Source of the DNA: Toensbergia leucococca
Taxonomy: Eukaryota
Reading direction: 5' to 3'
Length of the DNA: 49,141 nucleotides
Assembly: GCA_022813965.1 (NCBI GenBank)
Contig: JALDZS010000175.1
Coordinates: forward strand, 1 to 49,141
Numbering within the stretch: position 1 is the first letter of the stretch; each line of letters opens with the position of its first letter. Under the pieces are notes generated by a model. That model worked only from the letters and a program-made list of their open reading frames with translations, had not been told where the DNA came from and made no database searches. Shown piece by piece: positions 38,639 to 49,141 of the stretch. Made by a program: the position numbers and the translations under genes.

Positions 38639-39949
38639 TCAACCATGGAAGTTGTTATTCCCATCATGCTCTAGAACCTGTATCATCCTCTTCTCTAGAC
38701 GTTCTATCAGTGGGTTGATGTCTCATTCTATATCTAGCTTGTCCCATTCATCCATTCACGCTGCATGTAATTGATCGTATCCATGAATATAAGGCCTTCT
38801 CTTTGCGACACGATCCTTGAGGAGGCACCATATGTGTTCTATAGGGTTAAGATCCGGTGAATTCCCCGGCCATCTTAGAAGTTGAGTATCAAACTCCCTG
38901 AAGATGTCATCATTCCATTGAGATGTATGATTGGATGCACCGTCTTGCATCAACAAGGCCCCGGGATGAGTCATTTTGAATCTCTTATATGCAGGAAGAA
39001 GATGTGCCCGGAGGATGTGTGTATTGTAGCGATACCAATCAATTCCTCCTCCCTTAGATCGTCGGCGATGCTCAAATGCGTTGTCAAACAATGGATACAC
39101 CCCCTTCCGCTTTTGTCCTGCAGCAGCAAGTTCTATATCTTTTGCCTTTTGTCTTGCTAGCCAGGCTTCTTCTTCCCTGAGTCGCCGAGAGATATCTTCC
39201 TCAGCTAGCTGTTTTATAGAGGCAGTTCTAGCAGCAGGAGTTTCCTTCTCATATATGGTACAGGGACCCTTCCATCCCCATGCAATAGAACCCCAAAACA
39301 TAAAGGTAGAATATGTCTTAAACGCCTTTTCTAGACATGTAGGATCCCATTCCTCATCCTTGGTGCGTGTGACTCGGCAACGGCCACGGATCTCCCCTAA
39401 AATGACGGAAGTTTCATCTGTAAAGATCACTTGATTCCATCCACCGAGCTGTCCATCATCATGTGTATGTAAAGTCCATGTCTCATATCAAAGACAAAAT
39501 ATCTTGCGATCCTCCCTCATGTTCTCCTTGAGAAAGGGCTTGTATCTAGGGGTATAACGTCCGTATCCAGCTTCCTGAAAGGCATGAATGATAGTAGTGA
39601 TAGAGGCAGTAACGCCGCAGGCTTCAGCAATTTTGATCCATGATGTACGTCGCCATTCATAAGTACTAGTAGCCAGGGTGATCATGCTATCTATCTCATC
39701 TTGATGTAAAAGAGGTGGTCTACCGGAGCGTAATTCAGGAGCTGTGTTCTCTGTGTGTATAGAGGAAGAATGAGAGAGTTGTGACTGCTTATTGGCGTGA
39801 CGAGCAATTTGAGAAATTGTAGATTGATTGACATTGATGTTGAATTGTATGGCTTTGAGGGGAGTTCTTTGGATATTCCTTGCATAGGCTATTGCACCAC
39901 GGGTAGAAGGACTGATTTCAGGCCCACGGCCACGTCTTTGAATTGGCAT
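38639..39949 (-). pseudogene. Tc1-type transposase with three premature in-frame stops
   Basis: One frame from MPIQRRGRGPEIS (39949) to GNNNFHG* (38639). Motifs RSGRP, WNQVIFTDETS, FMFWG, MQDGA, WPGNSPDLNPIEHIW (34 residues between D and E). TGA stops at 39488-39490, 38756-38758 and 38723-38725. Confidence 0.92.
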
Positions 39950-40044
39950 TGAGGGTATGATGATGATGGATAGAAGAATAGCGATCAAAAGCGTGTTGTT
40001 ATGATTCTATTCAGATGTTACCCGCAATACGTTGACTCAAAAAC

Positions 40045-40084
40045 CCTACGTTGGCCATTCTGGATACTTTAATTATTGACCTCG
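40045..40084 (-). repeat. Right terminal inverted repeat
   Basis: 40/40 match to the reverse complement of 38520-38559. Confidence 0.97.
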
Positions 40085-40601
40085 TAGCAATCCTCGAATA
40101 AAGTCTACCAGTCTCCTAGGCTGATCCGTGGGTCTGTGATAAGGTCGTAGCGTGGCTAAGGTTGACCCTCATGTTAGCCCCTAATAATCATAACGGTCAA
40201 AGCAGCGAGTCGCGTTGGGTGAGCCGTTTAATATCAAGCCAATGAACACGCTCCGTGGATAGAATTTGATTAGTCCATGAGATTAGCATAGCTGCTTTAC
40301 GCGCTTGCCGAACAAGTCCATACCAACCATGAAACTCTCCTTCATCACTGTCTAATATTACCCACCTTCGTCGCCGTCGCTCTTTACAAGAGTCCTCGGA
40401 CTCAACTGCTACGTGAACTCCTACGCGATCACTGCTCGTCGCCCTTCTTTTATCGACGTCCAGTCATTGTGTCTTCACTCGTTGCCACTTCTCTTCTCTA
40501 CCTCTCTGTTTACATTCTTGCGCTTCGCTGGCACATATTCACTCCACCCATTTAATAAAATCACCAATCGCCCTCTTAATCCGACTTGACCTTTCCTCAT
40601 C

Positions 40602-42631
40602 ATGTCGCACCACAATCACCTCAGACATCTACATGACCATCATGCTAGGAACGCCCAACCAGAAGCACAGATGGATCAGAATGTCGCAACTTTAGTGTCG
40701 GTTGTCTATATCACAGCCTCGCAAACATTTTCGGGCCCCATTGCCGGATATACAACTTTAGGACCTTCGGCTGCAGCATCCACTGAGTCTGATACCTCAG
40801 CTTCCTCATCGCCTTCAGATACCGCAGAAATTGCCCCGGCAGACACGGCAACACCGCAAACCTCGCAGACCTCGCAAACCTCGCAGACCTCCCAGGCCTC
40901 TTCCTCAGAACAGGTCCAAAGCGCGTCAAGTCATGTGTCAGCCAGCCCCACCTCATCTACGACAAGTTCAATCTCGTTCCCCGCAACGAGTCATGAAGTC
41001 TCGTCTTCAATTCATACACCAAAGTCTTCACTCCTCGATGCTGTTCCATTGACTTCGGATACTAGCTCTACTCTATTGCCATCGATGCAGTTGGTTTCGT
41101 CGTCCGCGACTACGTCTATGTCCTCTTCTACATCAATGTCTTCCTTCATTGAAGCATCTGCAACGAGCGCTTCTACCCCTCAACCAACCAATACCTCCCA
41201 GTCAACATCCGATGGTATGTCAAGCGGAGCAAAGGCCGGACTGGCAATAGGGATAATAATCGGTATTGGCGCTTTAATCGCTTTAGTCTTGTTTTGCTAC
41301 CGTCGCAAGAAGAAGACTCGAAATGAGGCATATGAAAAAACGGATGACGAAAAATTCATAGCAACAAACGGAGATAACGGTCTCCAAGCTGGGCGTGCGC
41401 CAAGTATGGGATCTACATCTACCAGAACGGCATCGAATGCACCAAGGCTGAGTTTGCGACCTGTGACTCAATTCCTACCTGATCTCGCAGCACGTCGAAA
41501 AAGTAGTAATCTTTTAGCCGGGGCGAGTGGTATCAATAGTAACGCTCACGATGTGTTGTCTGCGTCAAGCGACAGTGTTTTAGAGAAAGCTTCTGCTCAT
41601 ATCGTCAATGACCCAGAGAATCCTTTTGGGAATTATGCAGAGACCTCCAACCACGGTTTACAATCTAGTGGGCCGTCACCAGATATCTCAGTACCGACAC
41701 CCATACAAATTCCTGCTCCTCTTAGCATTAGAGCTCCCACTCCGGAAATCGTTGCGGCTGGTGCTGGTCTGGGTGCAGCCGTAGGTGCTACTACTGCACA
41801 ACGTCAAAATATTCCCAAATCACTGCTTCTAACTCAAAATCGCCCTGCTTCGCCTGCCCTGTCCGTTTCAAGGGATGCTGCTATGCCGAGTCCTTCTGGC
41901 ACTGACTTTAGCATGACCTCAGTGGCTTCTGGAACGGGCTCGAATGGTGTGCCTTCCACCAACGTCCATCGCATTCAGCTTGACTTCAAGCCCTCCATGG
42001 AAGACGAGTTAGAGCTCCGTGCTGGCCAGCTTGTTAGACTCTTGCACGAATACGATGACGGTTGGGTAAGTCATCTGCGCTGTTCTACTTGTCTCATGTG
42101 CACCTCGCTAATCATCTCTATTAGGCACTGTGTAGCCGTCTAGACCGTTCTGGACAAGGTGTCGCTCCTCGGACTTGCCTCTCAGCACGTGCTGTCAAGC
42201 CTCGTCCTACCGGTAATGCACGTGGCCCTGTATCAAGAGGACCTCCTCCACCAGGTATGGTTCTCTCGACACAGCAACGTCCATCATCGCCTGCCAGCAG
42301 CCGCGGTTCGCCAGCGCCACACAATCGAGCTCCAAGATCGATGTCTCCTAGACCAGTCCAAGGACAACGTTCTATGTCCCCTGGACCTTACGGTGGTGGG
42401 CCACAGCTTGGGAACATCGCTTCACCTGGCAGTAAGAGACGTAGCAACTCGGCAAGCCAAGTCCGCGAGAGGAGAAACAGCCCTCCCGGGCCAAGTCCGA
42501 TGAATCCCAATGCTAGTACAATCCTTCAAGGAACTCAGAAGATGTCACTACAAGCTCAAGCCACCGCTCCACCCCCGCAATCCCTTCCGCAATCCATGGC
42601 CAGGAAGCCGGTCACAGGGCAGGCGATATGA
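40602..42631 (+). CDS. Fus1-like single-pass membrane protein with Ser/Thr-rich ectodomain and SH3 domain
   Basis: Exons 40602-42065 and 42125-42631. Ser/Thr-rich N-terminus with a (QTS)x4 9-bp repeat near 40857, TM AGLAIGIIIGIGALIALVLFCY then RRKKK, SH3 VHRIQLDFKPSMEDELELRAGQLVRLLHEYDDGW|ALCSRLDRSGQGVAPRTCL, Pro-rich tail. Confidence 0.85.
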
Positions 42632-43296
42632 GTAAGGAAGCGCTAACAGACACGCGGAACGGATGACGATATGGCGACTCTTACTTGAATCTTCGATGAA
42701 GTAACACAATGTCAAGATCATGCCAATACCTATCTTCTGTTGCCAGAGCCCCTCAATTTCTTTATGAATCTCATTTCTCTAGATTTCTAGATTCATGCCC
42801 TATTTACACGTACTTCACTTCTCCACAAGGCCTCCTTGGAGTGAGCATTCGATAGATAACATTTTGTCCCTTTAAGGCGCTCATAGTTAGGAGACGTGAA
42901 AGTCTCGTGTACTCCAGCAAAGAGCTTGGCACTGGTGCCAAAACCACAAAATTGATTTTCACAAAGTAATAGGTCGATGTCGACGATAGGAGATTTCACG
43001 ACTGAAATTGATTTTATGTAGCAATACTGAATGGGTGAAGAAGAGGTGCTTCTTAAAACGTATCATCTTGAATTGCATACTGGACGTAGAGTAGTACTCG
43101 AGTCGAATCCAAGACTACATACCTTCTACAAAAGCTCATCATGTAGCGAAGATGTCCTTATCCACCACAGCATATAAATTTATGACAGACCAACACCCCG
43201 GAGCTCGGTTGTTGAGTCTCTTTGTTCAAACGCCGAAAGCGCACTAGAATACGGAGTACTAGTACTGTTTTCGACCAATGCAAAATAAGCTCTCCA

Positions 43297-45665
43297 ATGC
43301 GACAAGCTAGTCAGGCGTTCGAAGCAAGAGATTCTCAGATACGAAGAACGAGTATGAGTAGCATGGCATCGGGGATACCTATTAATAATGCAAGCGCAAA
43401 TGACCACGTAGGTATAACAAACCGCTTTTTACTGAGCATTCGTGCTGACAGCACCAGCTTACTACCAGCCGCATAGCAAATGCTCAGCCTACCTACGACT
43501 TCAACACGGGTACTTCTATTGCGCAACCATTGCGCCAGACTTTACGACAGCCTCAGCTAATAAGACCGGGTCAGTAGTATTGCACCGCGTTGACTATCAC
43601 GTGGACTGAGTGGTGCTCAGATATTGGCAATGAAGACCTGCGTGCCCAGGTGAAGACGCTCCAGTACGAATTGGATTCAGTCAAACGTGAATGTGAAACG
43701 ACGACCTTAAGACATGGAAAGGAGCTGCGCAATGCGCAGCTCAAAGCTGAAGCAGATTTTAAGAGAGCACAAGTAGGTTTCCAACAACCAACAGCCAGTC
43801 TTCCCCCTAGCTAATTTCGGGCTGGGAAGGCCTCCGAAAGTAGCAATCATATCACTGGCCACAAATACGAGGTTCTTGCGAAAGATTTAAAGAACACCCA
43901 GGAGCAGTCTGCAAATCAGCAGCAAGATCTCGAAAAGGAATTACGGATATTGCAAGAGAGAAATCATTCCCTACAAGAAGATCTTGACGATGCAAAAACG
44001 GAACTGGCAACGCTCGGCCGGCAACATAAACATCGCCTTCAAGAAATTGATTCTAAACATGCCACGTTGCAGAAAACACTCGTAGATCTGAGAAGTGATC
44101 TGGAGGCCAAGTCCTCAGCTCTACAGACGAGTCAAGGAAGGCTCTCGCAGAAAGAGGGAGACGTAGGGAATCTTGAGAGTGAGATATTGAGACTGAAAGC
44201 ACAGGCAGGGGATAATGAAACCTTGATGGTTGTAAAGAGGGAGCTTTCCGAACAAATAGCGCATATCAAAAAGCTTGAGTCGGCAAATAGAGAGCAGACC
44301 ACGGAGATAAAGCATCTTCGGCGCGTCCATAGAGCAGTAGAGGTAGTGGAGGAGGAAAAACGAGCGCTGGAGCACAAGGTACGGCATATAGACGATCTGC
44401 GAAAAGAAGTCACCGAAGCACAGCTTCAGAGACAAATGCTTGAGGATGAGAGACAGTCGTGGATCTCATATCTCCGATTAGAGGGCATCAACTTTGATAC
44501 GCCCGAAGCTCTTGCGCGCTCTCTGGTGCAAGTCCGACTAGAAAAGGCATCTCTACTTGAGAGATTGGGAGCTGTCCAACCTCAAATTTCTGAGAAGGAC
44601 GAGATTATCAAAAGCTTGGAAGCAGAAAAACATGTTGTGAAGATCGAAATGGAGCGACTTCGTGGCAGTATTGGGGGAAATGAGAGCCGAGTAAAGGCTC
44701 GCCTTGAGAGGCAAAGAGCTCTTGCAGTAAAAGAAGTAGACTATTTGCGAGAACAGCTCCGGACCTTTGACAACGAAGAAACTGTTTACCAGCCGGAGAA
44801 TAAATTCGACGAACAAAAGACCAAGCGAATCTTAGATCTTGAATCACTAGTCGATCAATACCGAGCGGAACTAAAAGCCCTGAATGATGATCTCACTGAT
44901 CGTCAAGAGACTCAGCCAGCTCCAGAACACCAAAGCCTCAAACGTCCTCGCGAGGAGGAATCTGATGAACGTCTTGGCCAACTTTATCGCAAGAATCGCA
45001 CCCTTCAAGACGAGCTCTTTAGCCTCCAGCAATCAACGGCCCTCCTCAACAGGGAATTCAACGCCACCAAATCTCAGCTTTCTTCCCTCAAGAATTCTTC
45101 TCGAACACGCATCCTGGAACTCTGTTCCAACCCAACTGCCGATGCAGAAGCACTGAAGATAAGCACCCTCACGTCTCTTCGTGCAGAGAACAAAGAATTA
45201 CTCTCACAACTTGAAGGAAGACCTTACGGCACAAAGGTCGTACCCATCAGCACCCTCGACAACGTCCGAGGAGAGATGAAGGAAATGGAGAAGATTATCG
45301 CAGAGAAAGAAAAGCGGATGCTGCGCCTGAAGCAGATCTGGTCCCTCAAATCGCTCGAGTTCCGCGAAGCCGTCGCCTCTCTGCTGGGATGGAAAATGGA
45401 CTTTATGCCCAACGGACGTTTCCGGATGACTAGCATCTTCAACGCGGGCGAGCAGGAGGAAGACGACAACGACGGGGGCAATTCACTGGTGTTTGACGGC
45501 GAGACGGGGACGATGAAGATTGGTGGAGGGCCGCAGAGCGAGTTTGCGCACGAGATCAGGGGTTTGATACGCTTTTGGGTGGAGGAGAGAAAGGAAATCC
45601 CGGGGTTCTTGGCGGCCGCTACGCTAGAGTTCTACGATAAGACGACCAAGGCAGCAAGGATGTGA
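43297..45665 (+). CDS. MAD1: Spindle assembly checkpoint protein Mad1
   Basis: Long coiled coil, Mad2-binding-like RILEL..NP, and C-terminal KRMLRLKQIWSLKSLEFREAVASLLGWKMDF...IPGFLAAATLEFY. Small 5' exons (QPTYDF; DIGNEDLRAQVKTLQYEL) with introns near 43408-43457, 43570-43620 and 43773-43829. Start codon uncertain. Confidence 0.88.
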
Positions 45666-45848
45666 GGGGCCTTTCTGAGAAGTTCATCTGTGACTCGGGC
45701 GTAGCAGACGCTCCAGTTGTGTCTGAGTATATGTAGTATCAGGTTTTTGGTCATGTCTAGAGTGCCTAGGCAATAAATGATCAACAGCGTTCTTCAAAGT
45801 AATCCAGGTGTTTTAACATGCCCATGGCCTACACCTAACGAGTCTTTC

Positions 45849-47627
45849 TCACTTTAAACTCTTGGCTAGAGTCCAAAAGTTCTCCATCTTGGACCTCCCT
45901 AATGCCTCTTTCGCTGCGCCATCCGTCTCACAAACCCGACTGCCCCACTTTCTAAACGCCCTCGTCTTCTCCTCCCCTTCCCAAACGAGCACACACTTGT
46001 TCATGCCTAGGTCCTTGAGCTCCCCCGTCTCGTTCTCTGCTTGCAGCCAGTTCGCCATGGCCTCTTTATTTCCTTCCCGAACACTGTTCGGCGCACTGTT
46101 CTCCGTCCAATCGATTCGGTTCAGCATCAATTTTTTGTAGAAGTTGATGCTGTGTTCTCCGCCTTCAACGATGACGAGGTTGAAACGCGGGTGAAGAATG
46201 CATATGCCCGTCAGTGCATTTTGCTCGGCATTTTTCGAGATCTTGAATCGATGCCTTCCGTTTGCAAGACTATCAATCCTATAAACACTTGAGTATATTC
46301 CCTTGGAGGCATCCTTCTCTTGTTTTTCCGCAAGTTTCTCATGCTGCTGGTCTTTTGTCAATTTTCGCTCCTCGTTCATCTCGACGTGTTTCTGTGCACG
46401 CTCGGCAATCTCCCGGTTTACACGCGCTTCAACGGCAGTGGGATCTTTGACTGCTTCTTCGCCAAGCACACGCATGAGGTTGGATTTCTTGACTTTGGGC
46501 GGAGGAGCGGGCTCGAGCCCAAGCCTGATCTTGGCCTGTTGTTCCTTAAGGTCAGCCATACGCCGTTGACGGCGGAGTTTAGCTTGTTCTTTGGCGGTTA
46601 GGAACATAGGTTTGGGGGCTGGCATGTTTTTCTCCTGGGGAGGCTCAAGCGCTACCGGATGTTGAATGTAAAGAGTTACAATGGAGTCGGCAGTGTCAAT
46701 CTTGAGTCCACCAGAAATATCGATAGCGTCGTAGCTGGAGCCGTTTACTAGACCTTCGTCCCACCATTCGATTTCAGGGGGGATTTGAACAAGAAAGGCT
46801 TTCTCGGTGTCCAGGTCTTCGTCTATGCCAGCCTTTCGTGATGATTCGGCAATACGCTTTTTCATTTGCTCGAGCGCAGCTTGTCGGCGAAGAGCTGTCG
46901 CTTGCTGGATATATTTGCCCTTTTGGTTGAAGACTAATTGCCTTGATTTCCTGGCCTTCAGTGTAGCTGTTTTTGCACCTAGAGACGCATCGAAGTATGG
47001 ATTGTTCCTTGTCTCCTCCGCAGAAGGGCCTGACAGGTCAAGCTGCTTCTTGCCCTTGCCCGGTTTAGACAACGGGCCCGGTGACTCGGTTCGTCGATTT
47101 GCCATGGTCGTTGCGAATTTCGGCTGGATTGCCTGCCTGTTCTTCGAGGACCTAGAATCCTGGCCCGAGTCTCCCATCAACGCAGGATGAAGCCCGACAT
47201 CGAGTCCACCTCTCGCCCGAGATACTCCATCTTCGAACACAGGTGTCTGATAGTCTGCAGAAGGCGTTGTTCGTTGTTGCGATACAGCACTAGCCTTCCC
47301 CGTGGCTGCAGCTACTCTTGCCTTCATTTGTTCTATCCTTGACATGACGTTGCTAGTATCCGTGCGCGGTGGCCCAGATAGAGAGCCCTGCACAGCTGGG
47401 GATAAGCCGTTTGGCCCAGGGTTGGAACCTTGAAGTCTTGCTGCCACAGCTGCAGCTTTCGCTCGCGCTTCAGCCATAATCTTGTTGATATCTGGTTTGC
47501 CCGCAGTAGTGGAGCCATTGGTATGAGGAGCTGGCGAGGCGTTATTTGAGCGTGATTTCTTCTGGGCGTTCTGGAGGTCATTTTCGGGATATGGCCGCTT
47601 CAGGCTATTCGAGGACACGTCCGCCAT
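45849..47627 (-). CDS. PRP3: U4/U6 snRNP protein Prp3
   Basis: 592-aa single ORF. Motifs EIEWWD, YIQHPV, FLTAKEQAKLRRQRR, KIRLGLEPAPPPKVKKSNLMRVLGEEAVKDPTAVEARV, LVIVEGG, YKKLMLNRIDW, CVLVWEG. Confidence 0.96.
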   Translation of the reverse strand: MADVSSNSLKRPYPENDLQNAQKKSRSNNASPAPHTNGSTTAGKPDINKIMAEARAKAAAVAARLQGSNPGPNGLSPAVQGSLSGPPRTDTSNVMSRIEQMKARVAAATGKASAVSQQRTTPSADYQTPVFEDGVSRARGGLDVGLHPALMGDSGQDSRSSKNRQAIQPKFATTMANRRTESPGPLSKPGKGKKQLDLSGPSAEETRNNPYFDASLGAKTATLKARKSRQLVFNQKGKYIQQATALRRQAALEQMKKRIAESSRKAGIDEDLDTEKAFLVQIPPEIEWWDEGLVNGSSYDAIDISGGLKIDTADSIVTLYIQHPVALEPPQEKNMPAPKPMFLTAKEQAKLRRQRRMADLKEQQAKIRLGLEPAPPPKVKKSNLMRVLGEEAVKDPTAVEARVNREIAERAQKHVEMNEERKLTKDQQHEKLAEKQEKDASKGIYSSVYRIDSLANGRHRFKISKNAEQNALTGICILHPRFNLVIVEGGEHSINFYKKLMLNRIDWTENSAPNSVREGNKEAMANWLQAENETGELKDLGMNKCVLVWEGEEKTRAFRKWGSRVCETDGAAKEALGRSKMENFWTLAKSLK

Positions 47628-47889
47628 CTGGAGAATGGCAAAATGTCCAGTAAATCCAGGTGGAAGTATATATCGTAGCTTCGAAAGATGGCACCAAGTG
47701 TAAAAATAGCTTTGTGATCTTTCCGACCTACCTAAGGAAGGTCATGGTCATGGTCATGTATCTAAACTAATCAGGTAATAATTAGGATGTAATCTACGCT
47801 TATTCCTCATGTTATCAAAGTTACCATATCTTACAATTCTTTTACATTCAACGCAAACTCAACCTAGATTTTGAATCAATTAGGCAATA

Positions 47890-48932
47890 GTGCGGCCTGA
47901 GCGCGGTGTAGCGTAGGGAATCATCATGATTTTACACAACATTTGCACCTGATTCTCAACCTATTTTGCATGCCATCTACCTTCTCAATTGCATGTCATT
48001 TGATAGCAAGTTTTATCTAAAGAATCTTCATGATTTTTTATCACATCCTGACTTAATTTCTCTTACCCCCGGGTGCATAATTACCTCTTAGGCACATAAC
48101 CTCAGAATTTAAACATGTGAAATAAGTGATTCAAGCTAAGTGAGGTAAATGAAAGTGAGAAGAAACATAAGGAGAAACACAAGAAGAAGAAGGTAAAGTA
48201 TAAGAGTGAGACTAAGAGCAGAATAACTGAGACTGAGGTTAGACATGAGTTATTCCTTTCATTGTTATACATGCAGTCATCTATTAGTGTCACTGTAGTG
48301 ATTAGTGTCTGAGTAGGGCAATCAATCAAATCATCAGCATCATACTCTAATTTCTTTTATAAACATGTAAACAAATCTTTTCCTCTCAGTCACAATAATC
48401 TATTACACTCCCCTCACCATCAAAATGTGAGTCAATAAGACTGAATATAAAGAGGTATCTGATGCTCTATATAAGAAGCTTCAAATCAAGAAGAGAAAGT
48501 GATCTGTAAAGAAGATAAAGGCTGACATATCACCCTCAGATGTCAGATACTTTCCTTTACAATTTGCTCTATAAGTCATTCAGATTATCATTCAAGATCA
48601 AGAGGGCTCTCTACAGCTGATAGACTACTTTCTGATCTTCTTTTTTAAGTGAATATATTCATTGCTTGTAAGGCATATTAACAGGCAAGCTTCTAACTAC
48701 TATTGAAATTCAACAGGCTCATGCAGAAAAAATAAAAATCGTCAGAGGCAATAAAAACAGATTAAGGCCTCAGAAATCTGTGTCTTTATCAGTATTTATC
48801 TGCAAATGAGGCTTGTCAGGCTTTCTCAAATAGAGAATTACTGAATAAAGGCCCAGGATAGCCTTATATTTTATGAGATCTTTAACCTCATGTCTTTGTA
48901 TTAATAGCAGCAAATCTAAAGGTTTTTCAAGG
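47890..48932. mobile_element. AT-rich, CpG-depleted repeat relic of unknown family
   Basis: Composition shifts about 270 bp upstream of the PRP3 start. Only two CpGs seen between ~47920 and 48932. A stop-riddled frame is present on the + strand. Confidence 0.5.
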
Positions 48933-49141
48933 TGTCACGGTTCTATCTTAGGTTAGCGTCCCCGGGCCCGGATCATCGATTGTTCCGGCCTCACACACTA
49001 GATATTCGCGATCCTAGCACGTAGAACGGAAGCGAGACAGCAACATAGCAAGGGGATCACCAACTATCATTTTGAACCCTAACAATTGGTAGCAACAGCA
49101 TAGGCACGATCGGGTGACTCCTATCGTCACTCACCAGCACT
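48933..49141. mobile_element. Probable LTR terminus (Ty3/Gypsy-like TGTCACG), little mutated, truncated by the window edge
   Basis: Abrupt switch to CpG-rich sequence exactly at TGTCACGG. Orientation cannot be determined. Confidence 0.55.

Larger units (their letters stand above)
38520..40084 (-). mobile_element. Tc1/mariner (Tc1-type, DD34E) DNA transposon, full length 1565 bp
   Basis: Perfect 40-bp TIRs CGAGGTCAATAATTAAAGTATCCAGAATGGCCAACGTAGG at 38520-38559 and reverse complement at 40045-40084. TA duplication at 38518-38519 and 40085-40086. Confidence 0.97.

Overview
Filamentous ascomycete (Pezizomycotina) nuclear DNA, judged from short spliceosomal introns with CTRAC-type branch sites and RIP-like mutated repeats. 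A gene-dense core of conserved genes (about 11.2-47.6 kb) lies between two AT-rich blocks of mutated transposons. Left block (1 to ~10.9 kb): a Tad1-like LINE on the minus strand, a degenerate 163-172 bp tandem repeat, a Copia-like gag relic fused to a Thr-rich repeat and ending in a PPT plus candidate LTR, and a ~3 kb relic with no visible CpG. Core, in order: ARO1(+), RPN4-like C2H2 factor(-), histone H4(-, absent from the ORF track) divergent from H3(+), Mpv17/PMP22(+), EXO5(+), NAF1(-), ALG9(+), DUF3445(+), CAK1/Csk1-like kinase(-), SYP1(+), a complete 1565-bp Tc1-type DD34E transposon (perfect 40-bp TIRs, TA duplication, three premature stops), a Fus1-like SH3 membrane protein(+), MAD1(+), PRP3(-). 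Right end: another mutated relic interrupted by a CpG-rich LTR-like terminus. The best leads are a KIX-like N-terminal domain on the kinase reached through a GC-AG intron, a CpG/CpC-biased repeat mutation signature, a ~65-aa insertion in the transposase catalytic core, and the gag-only LTR element. I found no clearly new multi-gene system. All calls were made by eye, with no database searches.
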